Assembly (NCBI GenBank): GCA_963785725.1 | Contig: CAWAWS010000020.1 | Location: forward strand, 224,001-288,000 | Reading direction: 5' to 3' | DNA length: 64,000 bases | From: an uncultured delta proteobacterium | GTDB taxonomy: Bacteria > Myxococcota_A > Polyangia > Palsa-1104 | Part shown: in pieces, positions 9,806 to 18,335 of the stretch | Layout of the letters: every line of letters starts with the position of its first letter | How positions within the stretch are numbered: position 1 is the stretch's first letter | Notes under the pieces: model-generated | Told to the model about the DNA's origin: nothing | Seen by the model: the letters and a program-made list of their open reading frames with translations, nothing else | Database searches by the model: none | Translations under genes and position numbers: made by a program

Positions 9806-10646
9806 CGACGTCGCCGATGGCCAAGCGGTAAAAGGCGTAGCCGCGATCGGTCGTGCCCAAGTAGCGCTGGCGGTAGTCGTCGGCGCCGTCGTCGGCGACG
9901 AGCCTGAGGCCGCAGTCGGCGACGAGCGCGGGCAGCGCATCGGGGCGCACGCCGAACGTCCACGGCTCGCCGAGCGCGCGCACGCGGCCGAGGATGTCGG
10001 CGCCGCCGGCGAAGTCGACGCCGCCGTCGAGCAAGCCGCCGTGAATGTAGGTGAAGACGACGCGACTGCCGGGCGCGCTGCCGCCGATCCAGCCGAGCAC
10101 GTGGCGAACCGCGCGCTCGGTCAGATAGTGGGTGACGCCTTCCCAGACGAAAACAGTCGGGATCTCGCGCTGCCAGCCGGCGGCGGCGAGGCGCGCGGCG
10201 ACGTCGTCACGCAAGAAGTCGACGGCGACGTAGTGAATGTCGTCGCGCGAACGGGCGCCGGCGTGGGCGAGGCGCGCCCGCTTGGCCGCCTGCGTCTCGG
10301 CGCGATCGACCTCGAACACGGCGCAATCGGCGAGCTCGACGAGGCGATGGGCGCGACAATCGAACCCGGCGCCGAGGATGACGAGCTGACGCGCGCCCGC
10401 TTTGCGGCAGGCGTCGTCGATGGCGGCGGTGCGCGCGATGGCCGACGTGCGCGCGCCCGGCGCTCGCGAATCGGCGTAGCGAGCGACGCGCGCGCGCAGC
10501 GGGCCGAGGCGCGCCGCGCGCACGGCCAGCGCCAGCGACGGCGGCAAGAACGCGGCGGCGTAGGGATCGCGCACACGCGGCCGCGGCTCCAGCGTCTCCA
10601 AGGCCCGATAGAGCGCGACATATTCGGCGGTGCGACTGACAGCCAT
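9795..10646 (-). CDS. SAM-dependent methyltransferase (leucine carboxyl methyltransferase-like)
   Basis: SRTA..VA..RA.E, DPYA, QLVILGAGFDCR, FEVD, WEGVTHYL. Confidence 0.85.
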   Translation of the reverse strand: MAVSRTAEYVALYRALETLEPRPRVRDPYAAAFLPPSLALAVRAARLGPLRARVARYADSRAPGARTSAIARTAAIDDACRKAGARQLVILGAGFDCRAHRLVELADCAVFEVDRAETQAAKRARLAHAGARSRDDIHYVAVDFLRDDVAARLAAAGWQREIPTVFVWEGVTHYLTERAVRHVLGWIGGSAPGSRVVFTYIHGGLLDGGVDFAGGADILGRVRALGEPWTFGVRPDALPALVADCGLRLVADDGADDYRQRYLGTTDRGYAFYRLAIGDVVSD

Positions 10647-10731
10647 CGTGACGACTATAACCGGCAGGAGGCGCGCGATCTTCCCGCGACAACGGCTACG
10701 GGCGGCCGCCGCCGGTGCTACGCTTTGGGGC

Positions 10732-11481
10732 GTGCGCGTTCCCATCGGCAAGCTGCTGGTCGCGGCCTTCGTGGCGCTGGCGCTCTTGCCGCTCGGCTGC
10801 GCCAGCCGCTGGGAGACGCGCGCGTTTCCGCCGGCGCGCTTCGACGCCGTCATCGTGCCCGGCTGCCCGTCGGAGGACGACGGAGCGCTGTCGATGTGCC
10901 AGATGAGCCGCGCCGCCTGGGCGACGATCTTGTGGCAGCGCGGCGTCGCCGGCGCGTTCATCGTCTCCGGTGCGGCGGTGCATTCGCGTTATGTCGAGGC
11001 CGAGGCGCTGGCGGCGGGCATGACGGCGCTCGGTGTGCCCGCCGATCGCATCTACGTCGAGCCCAACGCGCTGCACACCGACGAGAACATGTTCTATTCG
11101 CTGCAGATGGCCCGCGCGCTCGGGTTTTCGCGGCTGGCGGTGGCGTCGCAGAAGGGCCACGCGGCCTGGGGTTGCCAGATGCTGGTCGATTGGGGTCAGC
11201 CCTGTCGCGCGCTGTCGGTCGATCTGACGGCGGTCAAGGCGTTGAACCCGCTGCCGCGGCTGACGCTCGTGCGCACGCGCGCAGCCGCCGATTATCTGCC
11301 CATCGACGAGCGCGAGCGGGCGCTGGCGCTCCTGCGCGGACGGCGCCGGCCGCCGTCGTATTTGCTCTATCCGTACATCGGCTATCTGCGCCTCAACGGC
11401 GAGCGCTGGGTGCCGTCGCCGCCGCGCGCGCCGTCGCCGCCGCACACGTGGGCCGCGCTGCAAGCGACGCGGGCGCAATAG
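10732..11481 (+). CDS. YdcF/DUF218 family protein, probable lipoprotein
   Basis: DAVIVPG, IVSG, EA, E..ALHTDEN motifs; LGC lipobox-like site; GTG start after TACGCT. Confidence 0.75.
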   Translation: MRVPIGKLLVAAFVALALLPLGCASRWETRAFPPARFDAVIVPGCPSEDDGALSMCQMSRAAWATILWQRGVAGAFIVSGAAVHSRYVEAEALAAGMTALGVPADRIYVEPNALHTDENMFYSLQMARALGFSRLAVASQKGHAAWGCQMLVDWGQPCRALSVDLTAVKALNPLPRLTLVRTRAAADYLPIDERERALALLRGRRRPPSYLLYPYIGYLRLNGERWVPSPPRAPSPPHTWAALQATRAQ

Positions 11482-11512
11482 CGACAGCGACGGCAGCCGT
11501 GTATGATGCGGC

Positions 11513-12415
11513 GTGGCCGCCGACCCGTTCGCATTCGCCGAGGTCAACGCGCGCACCGTCGCCGCCGGTCGCAACGCGCGCGAGGAGCTGACCCGCCGCC
11601 TCGACGTCACCGCCGAGGACGACGTCAAGAAGCTGCGCGCCTCGCCGTCGTGGGAGCTGCTCTTGACCTTTTGTATCGAAGGGCCGCTCAACATCGACTG
11701 GTACGACACGAAGATCGCGGCCTGGAAGCTGCGCCAGCAGGCGTTCTTGAGCGCCTCTCTGTTGGTGACCGTGGCCGTGGTCGGGCTGCTCGTGTGGCGA
11801 CAGACGAACGACTCGACCATCGCGCAGCTCAGCGCCGCCGTCGCCGCGCTCATCGCCGGCGTGCGCATCCTGGCCGGCGCCAGCGACGTCAAGGCGCAGC
11901 TGGGCGGCTTTTGGCGCGCGCGCGCCGACCTGAAGGAGCAGTTCTTGACCTTCGAGCAGGCGTGGCGCGGCAAGATCCTCGTCGCCGGCGTCGTCGCCGA
12001 TGGGCTCGAGATGGCGCTGTGGTCGGAGATCGTCAACGCGCGCCACGTCGTCCGCGTCGAGCGCGACACCTATTTCGCGACGTTCGCGGCGCCGGCCGAC
12101 GCGGTCGCCGCCGCCACCGCCGGGCTCGACGCCGTCTTCGGTCGCGCCAAGGAGCTCGCCGTCGTGCAGGCAGCGCGCGTCGCGCCGGTCGCCGAAGCGC
12201 GCCGGCAGCTCGACGTGGCCAAGGCCGAGCGCGCGGCGCAGGCGACGATGCAGGCGCTCTTGGCCGTGCAGCCGGCGACGATGAGCCACGACGACTGGCA
12301 GCGGGCGCGCGCCGAGGCCGACGCCGGTCACGCCAAAGCCGAAGCGGAAGTGGCGCGCTATACCGATTTGCTGCGTTCGACGGCCAAGGCGGCCACGCTC
12401 AACCCATCGCCGTAG
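11513..12415 (+). CDS. Two-TM protein, SLATT/DUF4231-like, with helical C-terminal extension
   Basis: IDWY..K before two TM helices, then FWRARADLKEQF; alanine-rich coiled-coil-like tail. Confidence 0.5.
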   Translation: MAADPFAFAEVNARTVAAGRNAREELTRRLDVTAEDDVKKLRASPSWELLLTFCIEGPLNIDWYDTKIAAWKLRQQAFLSASLLVTVAVVGLLVWRQTNDSTIAQLSAAVAALIAGVRILAGASDVKAQLGGFWRARADLKEQFLTFEQAWRGKILVAGVVADGLEMALWSEIVNARHVVRVERDTYFATFAAPADAVAAATAGLDAVFGRAKELAVVQAARVAPVAEARRQLDVAKAERAAQATMQALLAVQPATMSHDDWQRARAEADAGHAKAEAEVARYTDLLRSTAKAATLNPSP

Positions 12416-12447
12416 CCTCGACTGCTGACCTGTTTAGGTCGTAACGC

Positions 12448-13344
12448 CTACTGCCCGAAGGTGTTGCACTGCGCCGGATCGCCCGTTTGCATGCCGGTCT
12501 CGAACCAGTGCATGCGCTCTTGCGCCGAGCCGTGCGTGAAGCTCTCGGGGTTCACGCGGCCCTGCATTTCCTTCTGAATGCGATCGTCGCCAACGGCGGC
12601 CGCGGCGTCGAGCGCCTGCGCGATCTCGCTGCGGCTGACGGTGCCTTTGTCGTACGCGGCGTGACCCCAGACGCCGGCGAAGCAGTCGGCCTGCAGCTCG
12701 AGCTTCACCGACAGCGGGTTCTGCTGGCTCGGGTTCGCTTGCTCCAACAGACGCATGCGCCGCTCGATGCCCATCAAGTCCTGAATGTGATGCCCGTATT
12801 CGTGCGCCACCACGTAGGCCTCGGCGAAGTCGCCGCCACGCGCGTGAAAGCGCCGCGACAGCTCCTCGAAGAAGCCGAGATCGAGGTAGACCTTGCCGTC
12901 GCGCGGGCAATAGAACGGGCCGGTCTGGGCGCTGGCCGTGCCGCAACCGGACGCCGTGGCGTCGCTGAAGAGGACGAGGTGCGCCGGACGATAAGGCTGG
13001 CCGTCGGCGGCGAAGCGCTTCTGCCAGAAGTGCTGCACGTTGGAGACGACGCACGAGATGAACTTGGCCGGATCGCTCGTCGACGTGACGCCTTGGCAGC
13101 TGCCGCCGAGCGATTGGTTGTCGCGCCCGGCGTATTGCGGCGCCTGCTGCGTCGGATAGGGCTGCCCGCCGCCGCCGCCGTTGTCGACGACGACGTTGCC
13201 GCCGAGCAGCCGGATGAGCACGTAGGCGACGACGCCGACGAGGCCGAGCCCGCCGCCGCCGAGCACCATGGGACCGCCAAAGCTCTGCCCGCGCCGGTCT
13301 TCGACCTGCGAGCTGTCGGCGTCGTCGTCGTTCCCGAAGTTCAT
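12448..13344 (-). CDS. Neutral zinc metallopeptidase (YpfJ family)
   Basis: SSQVEDRRG, SGCG, GPFYCP, HEYGHH, ELQADC, FTHGS. Confidence 0.9.
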   Translation of the reverse strand: MNFGNDDDADSSQVEDRRGQSFGGPMVLGGGGLGLVGVVAYVLIRLLGGNVVVDNGGGGGQPYPTQQAPQYAGRDNQSLGGSCQGVTSTSDPAKFISCVVSNVQHFWQKRFAADGQPYRPAHLVLFSDATASGCGTASAQTGPFYCPRDGKVYLDLGFFEELSRRFHARGGDFAEAYVVAHEYGHHIQDLMGIERRMRLLEQANPSQQNPLSVKLELQADCFAGVWGHAAYDKGTVSRSEIAQALDAAAAVGDDRIQKEMQGRVNPESFTHGSAQERMHWFETGMQTGDPAQCNTFGQ

Positions 13345-13406
13345 GCCGTTATTGTACGCGCGCCGCGGCGCCGTCCAAGCGGCACTTTCGCGACCTTCGG
13401 CCGCGT

Positions 13407-14063
13407 CTAATCGAGCGGCAGCTGATGACGCGCGGCGAAACGAACGAGGTCGACGATGGAGTGCACGCCGAGCTTGCGCAGCACGTGCGCCCGATGCGTC
13501 TCCACCGTCTTCGGGCTGATGCCGAGCAGCCCCGCGATGCGCCGATTGGTGTGGCCGCGCACCAGCAGCTGGAAGACGTCGCGCTCGCGCCGCGACAGGT
13601 TGTCGCACGGCCCCTTGGTCGCCTCGAGGTCGCCGGCCATGCGCACGCGCGGCCGCTCGCTCGGCATGAGGTGCGCCAGCGACGGCGCGAGATAGAGGCG
13701 CCCGGCCGCCACCTGCCGCAGTGCTTCGAACACTTGCACCGACGGCTGCTGCTTGAGCGCGAAGCCGCGCGCCCCCGCGGTCAGCGCGCGCTGCACGGTG
13801 TCGTCGCTGCCGTGGTTGCCGAGCACGAGCACCTTGGTGGCCGGCGTGCGCCGTCCGAGCTCGGCCGTCAAGGCCGCGCCGCCGACGCCGTCTACCTCTT
13901 GGCCGAGGATGACGACGTCGGGCCGCAGCTGCTCGGCCTGCGCCACGACGGCCGGCAGCGCGGCAGCCTCGCCGACGACGTCGAAGTCGGGCTGCGTGGC
14001 CAGCAAGAGACGAAATCCTTCACGGAAGAGCTCACGATCGTCAATCAAGAGCAGCGTCATCAT
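13407..14063 (-). CDS. NarL/FixJ-family response regulator (atypical receiver)
   Basis: LIDD..LFREG receiver N-terminus; LuxR HTH LSRRERDV...SPKTVETHR. Confidence 0.9.
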   Translation of the reverse strand: MMTLLLIDDRELFREGFRLLLATQPDFDVVGEAAALPAVVAQAEQLRPDVVILGQEVDGVGGAALTAELGRRTPATKVLVLGNHGSDDTVQRALTAGARGFALKQQPSVQVFEALRQVAAGRLYLAPSLAHLMPSERPRVRMAGDLEATKGPCDNLSRRERDVFQLLVRGHTNRRIAGLLGISPKTVETHRAHVLRKLGVHSIVDLVRFAARHQLPLD

Positions 14064-14142
14064 CGCTAGTTGCCTCCCCGGCGGCCGCGCACACAGTACG
14101 CATGCGTCAAACGCCCGCAAGGGAGCGCGCTCAATTTCCCGC

Positions 14143-14158
14143 TACCCCAGCGAGGGTA
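14143..14158. promoter_or_regulatory. 7-2-7 inverted heptamer (NarL-like site) inside a larger inverted repeat 14135-14167
   Basis: TACCCCA-GC-GAGGGTA flanked by TTTCCCGC / GCGGGAAA, upstream of the NarL-type gene. Confidence 0.35.
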
Positions 14159-14582
14159 CGCGGGAAAAGCATGACGATATCGTCGCCGCCGTGCGGTCAC
14201 ATGCGACTACGATCGCCGCGCTGCACGTTCATGAGCAGGGGCTAGCGCGGAAGCTCGATGGACCGGCGATTCAGTTATGGCGCGTACGGCATCGCAGTCA
14301 AGAGAGCACGCGAGACGCACGCCCGCAGCCACATTTGGGCGCCGGCGACCGGTGTGCGCGCCCGCGCGGTTCGGTGAGCGCGCCCACGCGCGAGCGGCGC
14401 GCGGCTTTATTTCATACAGATTCGATTCGCCATTTAAACGATAAGGAGCTGTGTATTTGTCGGTAAGGCGATTTGTCGCGTCTACCGTCGCTGGCGTAGG
14501 CGCACACTCAGCGTCGATGTGATTATCAACTCATTTGTTCATTTGGCTTTCAAAGTCGTTTTCGCGGGCGCTAAAGTGCCGC

Positions 14583-15503
14583 ATGACCGGTCCGCGGACC
14601 CGCCCCACCGCTCGGCAGGCCGTGGTCGCAGCGGCGATGGCCGCGGCCGGGATCGCGCTCGCCGTCGGTGCGCGCTGGAGCGCGGCGCGCTCGCTGGAGG
14701 ACGCGCGGCTGCAGACGGCGGAAGTGGCCGAGCGGCTCGGCGGCGAGCTGCAGGCGACGGCGGCGACGGCGCGCCGGCACGCCGAACGGCTGGCGCTCTT
14801 GCGCGCGGTGCGCGTGGCCGTCGAGACCGATCGCTCCGCCGTGCAGCGCGTGCTGCGCACCGACGCGCTCGCCTTGACGCCGGCGGCGAACGAGACGATC
14901 GAGCTGTTTCAGCTGCCGCGCGGCGGAAAGCTGACGTCGCTCCTGCGCGCGCCGGCGCGGGCGCGACCGCTCGTGCCGCGGCAGACGAACGAGCTGCGCG
15001 TCGAAGCGGCGGCTGACGGCGGCGCGACGCTGACGCTGCTCGTGGTGACGCCGATCGATCCATTGTACGTGCAAGGCGCGGCGATGACGGGCGCGGTGGC
15101 GGTGGCGACGCCGCTGCCGATCGCCGAGCTGGTGGCGCCGCTGGCCGAGCATGGGCTCGCGGCGCGGCTGCTCGGGCTGGCGACGCCGCTGCCGCTGTCG
15201 GCGCTGCCGCTGCCGCCGCCGGCGAACGCGCGGCTCGTGAGCGCGAACGTGCCGCTGCCGCCGGGCGCGCGGCCGCTGACGCTGCGCGTGGCGCTGCCGG
15301 CCAACGGCAGCGGCGTCTTGCGGCTCGGGCGCGGGCTGCTCGTGGCCGCCTTCGTGCTGGCGCTGTGGACGCTCGTGCAGCTGCGCCGGCGCCGTGACGA
15401 GCCTGCCGATGCCGAGGACGCGACGACGACGCGGCCGACGTCGGCGCGGCTACCATTCGGCAGCCGATTCACGATCAGCGCTCGCCGCGCGCTGAAGCCT
15501 TGA
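14583..15503 (+). CDS. Membrane-anchored extracytoplasmic sensor-like protein (possibly the N-terminal half of the downstream kinase-like ORF)
   Basis: N-terminal TM, about 230 aa soluble region, second TM followed by RRRR; stop overlaps the next start (TTGA). Confidence 0.55.
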   Translation: MTGPRTRPTARQAVVAAAMAAAGIALAVGARWSAARSLEDARLQTAEVAERLGGELQATAATARRHAERLALLRAVRVAVETDRSAVQRVLRTDALALTPAANETIELFQLPRGGKLTSLLRAPARARPLVPRQTNELRVEAAADGGATLTLLVVTPIDPLYVQGAAMTGAVAVATPLPIAELVAPLAEHGLAARLLGLATPLPLSALPLPPPANARLVSANVPLPPGARPLTLRVALPANGSGVLRLGRGLLVAAFVLALWTLVQLRRRRDEPADAEDATTTRPTSARLPFGSRFTISARRALKP

Positions 15504-16564
15504 CGGTGCCCAACTTGCGGCTCGATGCCGCCTCGCGCGCGCACTTGCTGACGGCGAACGTGCCCGAGCCGATGGATGACGCGACGACGGAGAAGCAGAC
15601 GTCGCAAGGCCACCTCGTGCTCGCGTGGAGCCAGCCGATGCCGACGCCGATCACGCACCTCGACCCGCCGCCGACGGCGCCGCTGCAGCTGTATAGCGAG
15701 CCGCGCGCCGATCTCTTGTCGGGCAGCTATCGGCTCTTGCACCTCATCGGTCGCGGCGCGGCGGCCGACGTCTATCTGGCGCAATGTTTCGTGCCCGGCG
15801 CGCCCAGCACCGTCGCGCTCAAGCTGCTCGCGGCCGGGACGCTCGGCGGCAGCGGCGAGCGCTTCTTGGCCGACGCGCGCCGCCAGCTGCGCGTGACGCA
15901 TCCCAACGTCGTGCAGGTGCATGACGTCGGCGTCGAGCGCATCGGCTACGTGGCGATGGAGTACGTCGAAGGCTGCACGCTGGCCAAGCTGATGGACGAT
16001 CTCGTGACGCGCGACGAGCCGCTGCCGCTGCCGCAAGCCGTGGCCATCGTCGCCGGCATCGCGCACGCGCTGGAGGCGGCGCGAGAGGCGCGCGACGAGT
16101 CGGGCGCGCGCCGGCCCCTCGTGCACGGCGCGGTCAAGCCGTCGAACGTGCTCATCGGGCGGCACGGCGCCATCAAGCTGGGCGACTTCGGCGCGCCGCC
16201 GTCGGCCGGCGAGCGGCGCGCGCCCGAGCAGTACGCGGGCAAGCCGGCCAATCGGCGCAGCGACGTGTATGCGCTCGGCGTCATCCTGCACGAGCTGGTG
16301 GCCAATCGGCGCGTGCTCGCGGCGCCGCCGAGCAGCATGACCTCGTGGCCGCCCTTGCCGGCGCCGTCGACGCTGCGGCCGGAGCTGCCGCACGCGCTCG
16401 ACGGCGTCATCGCCCGCGCCACGCGCTTCGGGCCGCGCGGACGCTACGCCGACGCCGCCGAGCTGCTCGACGAGCTGCAGCGCGCGACGGCGTACGCGGC
16501 CGCGCGCGAGCGACCGAGCGGCGTCCTCGGCGACTGGGTCGAGCGCGCGCGCCGCTCGTCGTAA
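15500..16564 (+). CDS. Ser/Thr protein kinase-like domain, probable pseudokinase
   Basis: IGRG, VALK, HPNVV, MEYVEG, HGAVKPSN (HRD lost), DFG, APEQ, SDVYALG. Confidence 0.8.
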   Translation: MTVPNLRLDAASRAHLLTANVPEPMDDATTEKQTSQGHLVLAWSQPMPTPITHLDPPPTAPLQLYSEPRADLLSGSYRLLHLIGRGAAADVYLAQCFVPGAPSTVALKLLAAGTLGGSGERFLADARRQLRVTHPNVVQVHDVGVERIGYVAMEYVEGCTLAKLMDDLVTRDEPLPLPQAVAIVAGIAHALEAAREARDESGARRPLVHGAVKPSNVLIGRHGAIKLGDFGAPPSAGERRAPEQYAGKPANRRSDVYALGVILHELVANRRVLAAPPSSMTSWPPLPAPSTLRPELPHALDGVIARATRFGPRGRYADAAELLDELQRATAYAAARERPSGVLGDWVERARRSS

Positions 16565-16591
16565 CCGCGCGCAATCGGGTACAGTAAGGCC

Positions 16592-17233
16592 ATGCCCGAG
16601 CCGTTGTTCGTCGTCGGAGACGTGCAAGGATGCCACGCCGAGCTGGTCGATCTGCTGCACGCGGCCCGCTTCGATCGGCAGACGCATCGGCTGGCGCTCG
16701 TCGGCGACCTCATCAACCGCGGACCGGACAGCCGCGGCGTGCTCGAGCTGGCGCGCAGCTACGACGCGCTCGTCGTCATCGGCAACCACGAGGACGCGTT
16801 CTTGAGCGGCGTCACCGGCGAGACGATGGACCGCGTGCGCGCGCAGCTCGGCGCCGACTTGGCCCCGTGGACCGAGTGGATGCGCGCCTTGCCGACCTAT
16901 CTGCGCGTCGACGACGGCAAAGCGGGCGTCGTGCTCGTCCACGCCGGCATCGCGCCCGGCAAGCGACCGGAGACGAGCACGCGCGCCGAGCTGACGCGCA
17001 TCCGCGCCGTCGACGGCGAGCCCTGGTTCGCGTCGTGGAAGGGCCCGGAGACGGTCATCTTCGGCCACTGGGCCAAGCGCGGCAAAGTCGATCTGCCGCT
17101 CGCCAAAGGCCTCGACACCGGCTGCGTCTACGGCGGCAAGCTCACCGGCATTTACTGGCCCGAGGCGCAGTGGGTCGCAGTGCCCGCGCGCAAGACCTGG
17201 TTCGATCCCGTCGCGCACCATCCGCGCTGGTGA
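16592..17233 (+). CDS. Metallophosphoesterase (ApaH/PPP-like)
   Basis: GDVQG, GDLINRG, GNHE, HAG, FGHW, LDTGCVYGG. Confidence 0.9.
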   Translation: MPEPLFVVGDVQGCHAELVDLLHAARFDRQTHRLALVGDLINRGPDSRGVLELARSYDALVVIGNHEDAFLSGVTGETMDRVRAQLGADLAPWTEWMRALPTYLRVDDGKAGVVLVHAGIAPGKRPETSTRAELTRIRAVDGEPWFASWKGPETVIFGHWAKRGKVDLPLAKGLDTGCVYGGKLTGIYWPEAQWVAVPARKTWFDPVAHHPRW

Positions 17234-17324
17234 AGAGCGCGTGACGGCCGGCGCGGCGTCGTCTTTCGCGCACGCTGCGATCGTCGTGTCCGCGCGCCCA
17301 CTTCGCCGGCGCCACCGAGCAGCG

Positions 17325-17358
17325 TTTCCACCTAGGCAATAGATCTTTCCACCTGGGC
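17325..17358 (+). repeat. 13-bp direct repeat with 21-bp period upstream of the cytochrome c gene
   Basis: TTTCCACCTAGGC (17325) and TTTCCACCTGGGC (17346). Confidence 0.6.
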
Positions 17359-17414
17359 GTCTGGTTGGCCGTCGCTTCGCCGTGCTAACAGCTGCGTCGA
17401 AGAGAGGTTCCCCT

Positions 17415-18251
17415 ATGACGCGACACCTTTGGCTTACGGCTTCTTTTGCGGCATTTTCGCTCGTCGGTTGCGGCGGCGGCGGCTCGGCCGCGGTCACCGG
17501 CCTCAAGATCGTCCCGGCCTCGTCGGCGACGGCGGCGTTGACGGCGCAAGTCGGTGACGCGCTCCAGCTCAGCGTCGTCGAGACGCTGGCCGACGGGACC
17601 AGCAAAGCCTTGCCGGCGAGCGCCAGCGTCGCTTGGTCGGGCATTCCGACCGTGGCGGCGCTCGATCCGTCGAGCGCGGCGGCGAGCCCGATTCCGTCGC
17701 CGGGCGCGACGCCGACGGCGTTCTTCATCGCCAACGCCGGGCGTCCCGATCACGCGACCGACTTGAACGGCGTCGTCTTCGTCATGGACGGCGGCACGAG
17801 CGGCGCGGGCACCATCAGCGTCAGCGCCAACGTCACCGGCGTCAGCGGCGCCACGACGGCGTCGGCGTCCGTCGCCATCACGGCGGCGCCGACGGGCAAC
17901 GCCGCCAACGGCCAGACGCAGTACGCGGCCAGCTGCGCCGCGTGCCACGGCGCGACCGGCGCCGGCTCGCCGCCCGTCACCGGCTCGACGACGATGTTCG
18001 GCCTCGAAGGCAAGACCTACGACTATCCGGCGCCGGGCTTGAACGCGATCGCGGGCAATGTCGCGGGCGATCCCGACTGGACCGTGGCGCTGTTCGCGAT
18101 CGGGTCGCGCGCCGACATCGACAACGGCGGCCTGACGCTGCGCGCGCCGATGCCCGATTGGCTCGCCGAGACCGTGGGCACGACGAATCAGCCGCTCACG
18201 ACGCAGGACTTCTACGATATCTTCGCCTATATGGCGACGCAGACGCAGTAG
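17415..18251 (+). CDS. Lipoprotein with beta-rich (Ig-like) N-region and C-terminal c-type cytochrome domain
   Basis: LVGC lipobox, single CAACH heme motif, distal MP motif, AGAGG RBS. Confidence 0.8.
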   Translation: MTRHLWLTASFAAFSLVGCGGGGSAAVTGLKIVPASSATAALTAQVGDALQLSVVETLADGTSKALPASASVAWSGIPTVAALDPSSAAASPIPSPGATPTAFFIANAGRPDHATDLNGVVFVMDGGTSGAGTISVSANVTGVSGATTASASVAITAAPTGNAANGQTQYAASCAACHGATGAGSPPVTGSTTMFGLEGKTYDYPAPGLNAIAGNVAGDPDWTVALFAIGSRADIDNGGLTLRAPMPDWLAETVGTTNQPLTTQDFYDIFAYMATQTQ

Positions 18252-18335
18252 CCGCGCCCGCGCGCTTCGCCCCTCGCCTTCGCCTCGACTGCACGCGCCC
18301 ACGCCCGCTTCCGCGCCGTCGCTCGTGACACCGGC

